The notes below the pieces were generated by a model. That model did not search any database and had not been told where the DNA came from. It saw only the letters and a program-made list of their open reading frames with translations. This document shows, in pieces, positions 9,606 through 17,606 of a stretch of DNA of 64,000 nucleotides. The position numbers and the translations under genes were made by a program. The DNA comes from Butyrivibrio sp. (GTDB lineage Bacteria; Bacillota; Clostridia; Lachnospirales; Lachnospiraceae), in contig NZ_JAGAYD010000015.1 of the NCBI RefSeq assembly GCF_017940685.1, positions 3,785 through 67,784 of the forward strand, in the 5' to 3' direction. The stretch's first letter is position 1. Each line of letters begins with the position of its first letter.

Positions 9606-10244
9606 ATGGGAAAAATAGAAGTAAGAGGAAATGCAGCAAGGACTGTGGATTATGATCGTATGAAAGTTGAAATCAATTTTCATTCAGTAGAAATGTTGCC
9701 GACAGCAGCTTCAGAGAAATCCATGAAGGAATGTGAGGAATTCTTGAAGGTGCTAAAGGGGGATGGCTTTGATATTTCAAAAATCGCAATAAAAAGAGAT
9801 AGTGTTGAGCGTGATTATTATAGCAACAGAGATGATGAGCAAAGATACAGGGCGGATCGCACGTTGGAAATCGCTTCCGAGTTTAATATGAAGCTTATAA
9901 ATGACCTTCGTGACATTATAAATAACATGGAATATCAAATAGGCTTCAAGGTTGATTTTTCGCTGTCAAATGAGGAAGACATAAAGAATGAGCTTCTAAC
10001 AGAGGCGCTTAAGGATGCAAAGAAAAAAGCTGAGACAATGGCAGATGCCATAGGACAAAGGGTAATAGGGCTAGTTTCTGCAGATAAAACAGCGCCAAAA
10101 ACAGAAAAAGATGATTTTGGAGGAGGATTTTTCGTGGGGTGTGTTTGTGCACAGGATGAAATACCATACGAATATTCAGACGAGTTATCTGCATCGAACA
10201 CGACATTATCTGAGTTTATTTATACTACATGGGAGATTGCTTAA
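9606..10244 (+). CDS. SIMPL (DUF541) domain protein
   Basis: GKIEVRG...LLTEALKDAKKKAETMADAIG pattern typical of SIMPL; RBS ggaggga. Confidence 0.75.
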   Translation: MGKIEVRGNAARTVDYDRMKVEINFHSVEMLPTAASEKSMKECEEFLKVLKGDGFDISKIAIKRDSVERDYYSNRDDEQRYRADRTLEIASEFNMKLINDLRDIINNMEYQIGFKVDFSLSNEEDIKNELLTEALKDAKKKAETMADAIGQRVIGLVSADKTAPKTEKDDFGGGFFVGCVCAQDEIPYEYSDELSASNTTLSEFIYTTWEIA

Positions 10245-10254
10245 GGGGAAAAAT

Positions 10255-10461
10255 ATGAGTAAAGCTAAGGAAGAATTTGAAAAAGCGAATAGAGCTTTTT
10301 CAGAGTGCTGTTGGGTTAAGCCATATGACCGCATCAGAATTTTAGCACCAAGACAGATAGAAAAATGCATTCTTCAAGTAGAGAAGTGGGTAAAAGATGG
10401 AGAAGATGTATCTTTGCATAGGGTTAAGGAGTGGTTAATTGAAAAGAATCAATTGCTTTAA
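10255..10461 (+). CDS. Small hypothetical protein
   Basis: 68-aa ORF starting at ATG 10255 after aagggg. Confidence 0.5.
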   Translation: MSKAKEEFEKANRAFSECCWVKPYDRIRILAPRQIEKCILQVEKWVKDGEDVSLHRVKEWLIEKNQLL

Positions 10462-10467
10462 TTACTG

Positions 10468-10522
10468 AACCACAGGTTTAGCGACAAACGTCTCTACAGC
10501 AGATAAAATCTTACTATCAGAT
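10468..10522 (+). promoter_or_regulatory. SigmaA-like promoter with conserved operator (copy 1)
   Basis: -35 gcgaca 10481-86, 17-bp spacer, -10 taaaat 10504-09; 25/30 identical to 17412-17441; shares downstream tatcagat at the same offset. Confidence 0.65.
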
Positions 10523-10553
10523 CAAGAAAGTGTTGATTATGGAGGGTATTGTT

Positions 10554-11069
10554 ATGGCAAAGATGACATCAGCATATGCAAATAAGGTTTTGAGAAGGCT
10601 CAATGATGACAAGGATTTTTACCTCAACAAGGAACAGGAGGGTCAGGTGTACGTAGCTTCCCTTGATGAAGAGCCTGTTGTTCCAGATTATGACTATTTG
10701 GATGTTTCTACTAAGATTGCAGAGATAGATGCAAAGATCGTAAAGATAAAGCACGCTATCAATGTTACAAACGTTACTAGTACTGTTAAGGTTGGCGGCG
10801 TTGCTATGACCATTGATGCGGTACTTGTTAAAATGGCTCAGCTCAACAAGAGAAAGAGCATTCTTGATGCCATGCGTAAGCGCCAGGAAAAGACAAGAGT
10901 GAGTGCTGGATATTTTACGTCAAGGAAGACAGCTCCTGAGTATCAGTACATCAATTACGACCTTGAAACTGTTAACAAGGAATATGAACGAATCGATGGA
11001 GAGATTGCAGAAATGCAGATCACTCTTGATAAGTTCAATCAGACCTTTGAATTTGATGTTGAGGTGTAA
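10554..11069 (+). CDS. DIP1984/DUF6847-like coiled-coil protein
   Basis: 171 aa; INVTN and C-terminal FNQTFE motifs and helical heptad character resemble DIP1984-like proteins (recalled, not searched); RBS ggaggg. Confidence 0.6.
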   Translation: MAKMTSAYANKVLRRLNDDKDFYLNKEQEGQVYVASLDEEPVVPDYDYLDVSTKIAEIDAKIVKIKHAINVTNVTSTVKVGGVAMTIDAVLVKMAQLNKRKSILDAMRKRQEKTRVSAGYFTSRKTAPEYQYINYDLETVNKEYERIDGEIAEMQITLDKFNQTFEFDVEV

Positions 11070-11075
11070 AACCTT

Positions 11076-11298
11076 TTCCGTGCAGCAGGTGTTAACAAAT
11101 AACAGGATGAGTGTTAAGTGAGAATACATGTTTAAAGTTGTGGTTCTTGGTTATCAGTTATTCTTTATTGAATTATTGTTTATAGTTGCGGCTACAATTG
11201 GTGATGATGCGTATGAGCATTTTTTACATCTGTTTGCAGAAAACTTGTACTTTATGGTACGCGGGGCATGGAAGTTCGGTTTCACATGCCTCTTTTTT
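11076..11298 (+). ncRNA. Putative structured 3' RNA with U-rich 7-nt periodic tract
   Basis: Long-range stem 11081-92/11226-38, stem 11092-97/11112-17, heptad repeats 11138-87, hairpin 11207-20, then terminator. Confidence 0.5.
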
Positions 11299-11305
11299 GT
11301 TTTTT
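11263..11305 (+). terminator. Intrinsic terminator
   Basis: ggggcatg/catgcctc stem followed by long T-tracts. Confidence 0.75.
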
Positions 11306-11317
11306 ATGGAAAAAAAG

Positions 11318-11521
11318 ATGGAAAAGATTAAGAAGACAGGTGCTTCATGTTGGTTTAAAAAGGACTTTAAAAGAGAAAGCGTATAGGACAAGTTGTATCG
11401 CTGGAGAATGAATATTAAATACATATATCAGCGTGCCAAGTACGGATATTGTGATAGGGATATATGGTCCATTGATTATTGGTTTCTGAAAGCCAAATGG
11501 TTTTGGCATCTATGGGATTGA
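11318..11521 (+). pseudogene. Disrupted hypothetical gene
   Basis: In-frame TAG at 11384-86 interrupts MEKIKK...ESV*DKLYRW...QRAKYGYCDRDIWSIDYWF. Confidence 0.45.
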
Positions 11522-11656
11522 TGCTTTCAACTAGCAGTTAAATGACAGGCGTGGCATAGAATAGTACGATTGAATTAAGTATATGTTGATTTGAGTTTAG
11601 GGAGTCGTGCTAATGAATTCTAAGATATTAGGTTTTATAAAGGATAATCCGGATAC

Positions 11657-11938
11657 ATGGGAAAATACGCGAAATTATGGATTTGTGCAAGAAATACGAA
11701 GAGCTTGAGGGGGATGATTGTGGCAGATTTGAACCTTGGTGGAAGGATATATTGTGATATTCCTGATGATTTAGCAAGTAAGATTATTGATGAAATACGT
11801 TCCGCAGAAAAGCTGGATCGTGATGAATTGGAACGTAAGTGCCAGGAACTAAAACAGAAGATTGTTTTTAAAAGAGGGAAAAGGCTTGAGCAGAGTATTA
11901 GTAATTCCAGATGTGCATTTAAAACCCTGGATTTTTGA
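11657..11938 (+). CDS. Hypothetical protein
   Basis: 93-aa ORF overlapping the next gene. Confidence 0.45.
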   Translation: MGKYAKLWICARNTKSLRGMIVADLNLGGRIYCDIPDDLASKIIDEIRSAEKLDRDELERKCQELKQKIVFKRGKRLEQSISNSRCAFKTLDF

Positions 11939-12599
11939 TAAGGCAGATAAAGTTGATAAGAGTTCATATGATGACATTGTGGTTCTTGGTGATCTGGTTG
12001 ATGATTGGGGACAGGGAAATAATCTTGAATTGTATAGGGAGACATTGGATAGGGCGGATGCGTTTGGTGCAGAGCACAATGAGTCCCTCTGGTGCTATGG
12101 TAATCATGATGTTTCATATCTGTGGGATGCAATGGAATCAGGGTACTCTGTAGTTGCAAGAGAAACTGTAATTGAAGGCATTACTAAGCTAGAGAGAACA
12201 CTGGAAGATCGATATAAGTTTATTCACAAGATAGATGATGTGCTATTTAGCCATGCGGGACTTGCTGAGACTTTTGTTTTACATGGATGTGGATATCATA
12301 TGAAAGAAATTGAGGATATTCTTGCTAAGGTCAATCGTATGGGGATGCAGGATTTATGGAGGAACAGTTCTCCAATATGGGTAAGACCGCAGCATGCTTT
12401 CATAAGGATGTTCAGAGATGACCTCTTTTACCAGGTAGTAGGACATACTCCTGTTGAGGAACCACTTGACGCTTGTGGGACGCTGACGCTGGATCTCTTT
12501 TCAACCTATTCAGATGGAACAGCTTATGGTAATCAGAAACTGTACATCATAGATACTATTACAAGAAAGCTTGAGGAAGCTAAGTATGAGGAATCCTGA
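11886..12599 (+). CDS. Calcineurin-like metallophosphoesterase
   Basis: DVH, GDLVD, GNHD, SHAG and GHTP motifs; probable TTG start at 11886. Confidence 0.85.
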   Translation: MSRVLVIPDVHLKPWIFDKADKVDKSSYDDIVVLGDLVDDWGQGNNLELYRETLDRADAFGAEHNESLWCYGNHDVSYLWDAMESGYSVVARETVIEGITKLERTLEDRYKFIHKIDDVLFSHAGLAETFVLHGCGYHMKEIEDILAKVNRMGMQDLWRNSSPIWVRPQHAFIRMFRDDLFYQVVGHTPVEEPLDACGTLTLDLFSTYSDGTAYGNQKLYIIDTITRKLEEAKYEES

Positions 12600-12657
12600 G
12601 AGAATAAGGCCTTTTTGGGACAAGATAGCAGAAGCATGGAAATCCGGTTGTATATAA
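12586..12657 (+). pseudogene. 5' fragment of a DUF1040/YihD-like gene (paralog of 14832-15071)
   Basis: MRNPERIRPFWDKIAEAWK matches MRDPKRIRPFLDKLAEGWE, then stops after 23 aa. Confidence 0.65.
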
Positions 12658-12763
12658 GATAAAAAGCGGTCTTATGTCTCAGGATAGAATAGAGTTCTTT
12701 TTGTCAGAAAACGGTGTGTGGTTAACAAAGGCTGTTCCGGTGAAATATTTGGAGAAAATATAG
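12632..12763 (+). pseudogene. kptA: 3' remnant of RNA 2'-phosphotransferase (Tpt1/KptA)
   Basis: KHGNPVVYKIK/SGLMSQDRIEFFLSENGVWLTKAVPVKYLEKI* with one extra A in the run at 12661-66; matches the recalled Tpt1 C-terminal HGxPVV...SxNGVWLT motif. Confidence 0.65.
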
Positions 12764-12895
12764 AAATGCTTAGGGCCTCATCATTTTAGAATAGATATAT
12801 AGGGTCAAGGCTATTTTTTGCTGACCATCTTATAGTACACCAAAAATGGATAATGGAATCGTGGAGGCAAATAACTCAGAGGAAAGGAGACGCCT

Positions 12896-13549
12896 ATGCC
12901 AACAAATTGGGGTGCTATATCGCCGTATACGTCGAAAAAAAAGTATATGACAGGCCAGCCAGATAAGAAGGGCACGATAGCTTATTGTCACAATATCAAA
13001 CATAAAGGCGCTCTTTCTAAAGGGATGGTCAAGCAACATGAATGCATACAGAAGAACTGCAAGTTTTTTGAAAAGAACCTCGAAAATCCATATTGGGCTG
13101 GTAGGGACCACTACAGGAACCATAAGAAAAGAGATAAGAAGACAAGGAAGTATCTTGAAACTCAGGGGCTAGATGTTAAGCAAACAACTGGAAATTTGCT
13201 GACTGTAAGCAGTTCAAGCATCAATTCGGATCTGGGCAAGATGCTCCAGTTTTTTGATGAGATTGAAGTGTTTCATTCATATCTCTTTTACCGGAATGGA
13301 AATTGGCAGATGAGATATGTTGGTGGATTCTATGGGAAAGATGTCGCAATAGATAAGGCCAGAGAGTTCATATTAGCAGGCAAAGGAGAATATCTCCTGA
13401 TTGCAGGTGATAAGACTCCACTTGTTGGATATAGGATTGAATGCAGGAGTAAGGTGCTCATTGAGATAGACCTTACATGGGGACATATGTATCCGGCGCT
13501 AGCAAGAATGGTATTAAGAGATTTACAACTGAGAAGGGAATCAGCATAG
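12896..13549 (+). CDS. Hypothetical protein
   Basis: 217-aa ORF, RBS aaggag; N-terminal C/H-rich cluster. Confidence 0.65.
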   Translation: MPTNWGAISPYTSKKKYMTGQPDKKGTIAYCHNIKHKGALSKGMVKQHECIQKNCKFFEKNLENPYWAGRDHYRNHKKRDKKTRKYLETQGLDVKQTTGNLLTVSSSSINSDLGKMLQFFDEIEVFHSYLFYRNGNWQMRYVGGFYGKDVAIDKAREFILAGKGEYLLIAGDKTPLVGYRIECRSKVLIEIDLTWGHMYPALARMVLRDLQLRRESA

Positions 13550-13567
13550 GTCAGGGAAGTAGAAGAA

Positions 13568-14773
13568 ATGCAGATTAATCTAATAACAATTTACAACTGG
13601 ATGGATGATTTTGGCATAACAAAATATAGACTTGATGACCCAAGCTATATAAGAATGATTAAGCTTATGGACCTGACTAACCAAATAGCAAGGTCCGGAA
13701 ATAGCACCAGAAGGTCCATATGGATTAATGTTCCAAGTGATCAACCAGAGGGAGAGTGGATAAACATTGTATTTCGTGGTGATTGCTACGATGTTGGGGA
13801 TGTTTTTTACGACATCGAAATTGATGGAGTGCAGATGTTGTCTTATGACAGCAAACGTAGCGAGGGAGACACCTTGGATGTAACGGAAATGCTCGACTGG
13901 CTAATGGAGTGTGTTTCAAAAGTCATTACCATGGCACAAAATGATGAGTATGACTCGTACATATCAAAGGTTCCATATTACAAGAGAAGAGGTGTGATTT
14001 GCAGGAAGGATTACTACAGCATTGTCCCTTTGGCTCGAGAAAAGTACTTAAGCGGGTTAACTAAGAATGAGATTGAGGAACTACTAGATTGCAAGGGAAC
14101 TGCTGGAACATATGAGGATTCAATGACTGCAAGAAGATTTTATGAAGCTTGTGCAGTAGTTTATAGAGAACTTGGTATAGAAAACGTAGATGCCACTGGA
14201 TTTAATGGTTGGGCTGATAGCGAAGAAGAGAGAACAAGATACGGAGGCATAACACCGAAGGAATGGTACTATGCAGCTTCTGATGGCCGAGATGATGGGC
14301 TTTACGCTTTGCCACTTGATGATTCGACAGCGTTTGCAGGTTGGATAAGACATAAAGAACCATATTACTCTTATGAGTACTATGGCGGACATCCTTGGGA
14401 TATCATCCGTAAATATTGTTATTCGCTGTCGCTATATGTTGATCCGGAAATTGGATCAGATAGATGTAAACTTGTAGTCGCAGGGGATTCAGCAGATAAG
14501 AGCACCGAAATTGTCAGAGCCTTTCTTGCACTTAAAAGAGCAGGCTATGCTGTAGACCTAAGAGACTTCAAAACATTGACTGATAGGCTTTTGGAGAAGG
14601 ATTATTTGGCAGTTGTAGAAGAAGTAGAACCATCAAGACATGGAAACACCATAGCAGGTCATTTTGCCCGGGATGAGATATCTCTTTTACAAATAGAGGA
14701 TCAAGGGATTGTAGATAAACTCATACAGGCAACAGAGTGGGAAAAATTAGATGAAGTAAGGGTGAATCTATAA
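13568..14773 (+). CDS. Hypothetical protein
   Basis: 401-aa ORF with protein-like composition; no family recognised. Confidence 0.75.
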   Translation: MQINLITIYNWMDDFGITKYRLDDPSYIRMIKLMDLTNQIARSGNSTRRSIWINVPSDQPEGEWINIVFRGDCYDVGDVFYDIEIDGVQMLSYDSKRSEGDTLDVTEMLDWLMECVSKVITMAQNDEYDSYISKVPYYKRRGVICRKDYYSIVPLAREKYLSGLTKNEIEELLDCKGTAGTYEDSMTARRFYEACAVVYRELGIENVDATGFNGWADSEEERTRYGGITPKEWYYAASDGRDDGLYALPLDDSTAFAGWIRHKEPYYSYEYYGGHPWDIIRKYCYSLSLYVDPEIGSDRCKLVVAGDSADKSTEIVRAFLALKRAGYAVDLRDFKTLTDRLLEKDYLAVVEEVEPSRHGNTIAGHFARDEISLLQIEDQGIVDKLIQATEWEKLDEVRVNL

Positions 14774-14831
14774 TGGCACCATCTGAAGTATATTTTAACG
14801 TAAGTAATTATATGAAAAGAGGGCGATAGAT

Positions 14832-15071
14832 ATGAGAGATCCAAAAAGAATAAGACCGTTTTTAGATAAGCTGGCTGAAGGATGGGAAAAGTATCCAGAT
14901 TTGCGATTTGGTCAATTGGTGATGGATATTGTACCTGACTCTGATAGATTATGGAACTGCGAAGAAGCTGAGTTTCTGAAAAGACTAGATAACTTCGTAT
15001 CCAGAATTGAAGAGGAACATGATGGGAATCTGCTTCTGGTACCGAGAAATGATTCTGACAATGATTTATGA
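14832..15071 (+). CDS. Small DUF1040/YihD-like protein
   Basis: MRDPKRI...W...PDLRFGQL signature; ends 24 nt before the retron ncRNA. Confidence 0.65.
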   Translation: MRDPKRIRPFLDKLAEGWEKYPDLRFGQLVMDIVPDSDRLWNCEEAEFLKRLDNFVSRIEEEHDGNLLLVPRNDSDNDL

Positions 15072-15095
15072 TTTGGTCCGGATTGGATAATAATT

Positions 15096-15262
15096 TGCGG
15101 AACTCTAGCGCAGCTGGCAAACGTCGGCACGAGTGGCGAGTCGTTACTCGGAAAAGAACTATGTAGCATTATAATTGTAGCTGTTCCACTGTAGTGAAAT
15201 GCACGCTTCACGTGCTAGACTACAGCTCCACAGCAACAATATTCTTACTGTTTTGTTCCGCA
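15096..15262 (+). ncRNA. Retron msr-msd ncRNA
   Basis: Terminal inverted repeat tgcggaac (15096-103)/gttccgca (15255-62); TAGCG with candidate branching G at 15108; two msr hairpins (15113-28, 15130-50); long msd stem-loop 15174-15240. Confidence 0.85.
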
Positions 15263-15288
15263 TTGGTATGTAATGGAGGAAAGTTAAT

Positions 15289-16212
15289 ATGGTTGTTCAC
15301 AGAGAGCTTTCCTCCCTGTGCCAAGATCTTGGTTATTCTGCAAGAGCGTTATATTCGCTGAGTAATTCAGTGTCTGAGCACTATCATGATGCTATGATCC
15401 CTAAGGCAAATGGAGAATATAGGCTCTTACATATTCCGGATAAGTTCATGAAAGCTGTTCAGAAGAGTATCGCACAGAATATTCTGTCTTATGAGGATAT
15501 CTCACCCTATGCCATGGCATATAGACCCGGAGGCAGTACTAAGGCAAATGCATTCCCTCATGTGGGTGCATCAATGGTTATGAAGCTTGATGTGCGTAAA
15601 TTCTTCGATCACATTACCTATCCTATGGTAAAGGAAAAAGTGTTTCCGTCAGAGAAATACTCGGAATCAAATAGAATACTTCTGTCGGTTTTGTGTGTTT
15701 ATAATCATGCAATACCTCAAGGAGCGCCAACTTCTCCGGCTATTTCTAATATAATTCTTAGAGATTTTGATAATCGCGTCGGCGACTGGTGTGGTAAAAG
15801 CGGTATTACATATACCAGATACTGCGATGATCTTACCTTTTCTGGGGAGTTTGAGCCGAAAGAGGTAAAGGCATTTGTGAAGAAAGAATTATTCAAGGAA
15901 GGCTTTTTTCTTAATTCCAAGAAAACGATTGTGCTTCGAAATGGGCAGCGCAAAGAAATTACAGGAATTGTTGTCAATGAAAAGGCAGCTGTGCCTGCAA
16001 GATATAAAAAGAGAATAAGGCAGGAACTTTATTATTGCCGGAAATTTGGGATTGATGAGCATGTAAAGAGACTTGGATTACCTGAAAGTACCGAAGCATA
16101 TGCAAGGAAGCTTCTTGGCAGAATCAATTACGTTCTATCAGTTGAACCCGATAATGATGAAATGAAAAGGGGAAGAGCTGAGCTATTATCTTGGTTTCAG
16201 TCTACTTCCTAA
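15289..16212 (+). CDS. Retron-type reverse transcriptase
   Basis: NAxxH region X (NAFPH), PQGAPTSP, YCDD catalytic motif, ITG region Y; RBS ggagga; no fused domain. Confidence 0.93.
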   Translation: MVVHRELSSLCQDLGYSARALYSLSNSVSEHYHDAMIPKANGEYRLLHIPDKFMKAVQKSIAQNILSYEDISPYAMAYRPGGSTKANAFPHVGASMVMKLDVRKFFDHITYPMVKEKVFPSEKYSESNRILLSVLCVYNHAIPQGAPTSPAISNIILRDFDNRVGDWCGKSGITYTRYCDDLTFSGEFEPKEVKAFVKKELFKEGFFLNSKKTIVLRNGQRKEITGIVVNEKAAVPARYKKRIRQELYYCRKFGIDEHVKRLGLPESTEAYARKLLGRINYVLSVEPDNDEMKRGRAELLSWFQSTS

Positions 16213-16218
16213 CATTAA

Positions 16219-16326
16219 GAGGTTGATGAGAATGGTATTAGTAGGACGCTTACATGTATTGGTTTTAAGCCACTACCTGATGATGTGGCGCATGCAATCA
16301 GTAAGAAATATCAGTTGTTTAAGTGA
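16219..16326 (+). pseudogene. 3' remnant of a PTH2-like peptidyl-tRNA hydrolase gene
   Basis: EVDENGISRTLTCIGFKPLPDDVAHAISKKYQLFK* has no start codon; TLTCIGFxP resembles the PTH2 C-terminal T-x-x-G-x-x-P motif (recalled). Confidence 0.55.
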
Positions 16327-16337
16327 GGAATTTTTAT

Positions 16338-16589
16338 ATGGTAGAAGATAAATGGAGCTTTAAGGGTACGCCATGGGAGTTTGTTCACTTAGTGCGTCAC
16401 GCATGTGTTGTTTATGAATGTGTAAAAAGGAAAAGAAATGGCATTCTAGAAATTCTTATGGATGATGAGGTATTTGAGAAAGCGGCAGATGAATTTGGAA
16501 TTACTTACGATACAATAAAAAATGAGATGTGTAGAAATCTGGATTTTGCTGAGCGTCTTGATGAAATCATGGAGAATTGCAAAAAATAG
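16338..16589 (+). CDS. Small hypothetical protein
   Basis: 83 aa from ATG 16338 after gagga. Confidence 0.55.
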   Translation: MVEDKWSFKGTPWEFVHLVRHACVVYECVKRKRNGILEILMDDEVFEKAADEFGITYDTIKNEMCRNLDFAERLDEIMENCKK

Positions 16590-16599
16590 AGATTGGAGC

Positions 16600-17325
16600 A
16601 TGTTTAGAAAAATGATAAGAGAATATGTTGAGGACTATGTAAAGTATTTTCCAGATAAATGGAGTTGGGATTTAAAGAGCTCACCAGAACAACATGAAAT
16701 ATACATGCGCACTAGAGCTAGGAGAAGTAAGGGGAATAGTTATAAGAATAATGACCTTCTCCCGGATTTTTATTCTATAGAGCGCGATGCGGACCAGTTT
16801 GGCCTGGAACATGTGGAGTGGACGGACTTTTTTGGTCTTACTTGGGTTGGAAAAAAGGGGGTTCATGCATACGTTGGGGCGCCCAATTATGAAGGAAATA
16901 TATACTACTATGATGATAATGACGAATGCGATGAAGAAGTCTTCCGCATTTCTTATGACTACGATGCATATGATAATCAACCGCCGGATGATACATATAC
17001 AAGAATACGGCAGAGGGGGATTCATCATTGGATTGATACGGCCAACGTTGTTGATATCAGTTATAAGTATTTTGTTGATAATCACTTGTTCAAAGACACT
17101 CACATTGATCTCATATATGAAGATGGACAAAAATTAACAGTCTATTCTGAGTATGAGGAATTGATCATAGGCTTGATGAAGCATGGGAAAGAAGAACTAG
17201 TTAAGAAAGTTTTTGATTCTATGAATGAGCACTTTATTAAACTACGTGATTCTGATAGAGAGGATGAACGCAAGTTTTTCCCTGGTAAGACAGCAGAGGA
17301 AATGTTTCTTGGCGATGAATATTGA
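16600..17325 (+). CDS. Hypothetical acidic protein
   Basis: 241 aa from ATG 16600 after ggag. Confidence 0.7.
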   Translation: MFRKMIREYVEDYVKYFPDKWSWDLKSSPEQHEIYMRTRARRSKGNSYKNNDLLPDFYSIERDADQFGLEHVEWTDFFGLTWVGKKGVHAYVGAPNYEGNIYYYDDNDECDEEVFRISYDYDAYDNQPPDDTYTRIRQRGIHHWIDTANVVDISYKYFVDNHLFKDTHIDLIYEDGQKLTVYSEYEELIIGLMKHGKEELVKKVFDSMNEHFIKLRDSDREDERKFFPGKTAEEMFLGDEY

Positions 17326-17411
17326 GGCATCTTAGAACTATTTGATTGTCAATTAACTATTGGTATACTCTGTGGAAGATAATGGCAAATGTTATAAATA
17401 ACTGTTTTTTA

Positions 17412-17466
17412 AACCAGAGGTTTAGTGACAAGTGTGTCTACGTTGATTAGAATCATATTATCAGAT
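17412..17466 (+). promoter_or_regulatory. SigmaA-like promoter with conserved operator (copy 2)
   Basis: -35 gtgaca 17425-30, 17-bp spacer, -10 tagaat 17448-53; gaca-N4-tgtc dyad; homologous to 10468-10522. Confidence 0.65.
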
Positions 17467-17488
17467 GGAAAATTGTCTGTCAGCTAAA

Positions 17489-17591
17489 GATGTCCTGTGA
17501 CGGTTCTGACAGGACGGTAAACAAAAAATTGACCGAGCGTGGATGTCCTGTGACGGTTCCGACAGGACGGTAAAATAAAAATTGACCGAGC
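17489..17591 (+). repeat. Tandem 50-nt direct repeats (period 53)
   Basis: gatgtcctgtgacggttc(t/c)gacaggacggtaaa...aaaaattgaccgagc at 17489-538 and 17542-591; partial unit tail at 17471-84. Confidence 0.9.
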
Positions 17592-17606
17592 TGAAGAGAA
17601 GGATAT

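Noticed and set aside
15289-16212. Group II intron or DGR reverse transcriptase
   Set aside because: Short RT without maturase/X domain or intron domain V; no TR/VR pair; retron-specific regions X/Y and msr-msd are present.
324-17325. Intact prophage or ICE
   Set aside because: No integrase, terminase, capsid, relaxase or T4SS genes and no att pair visible; only an accessory island can be claimed.
17489-17591. CRISPR array
   Set aside because: Only two units separated by 3 nt; no unique spacers and no cas genes in the window.
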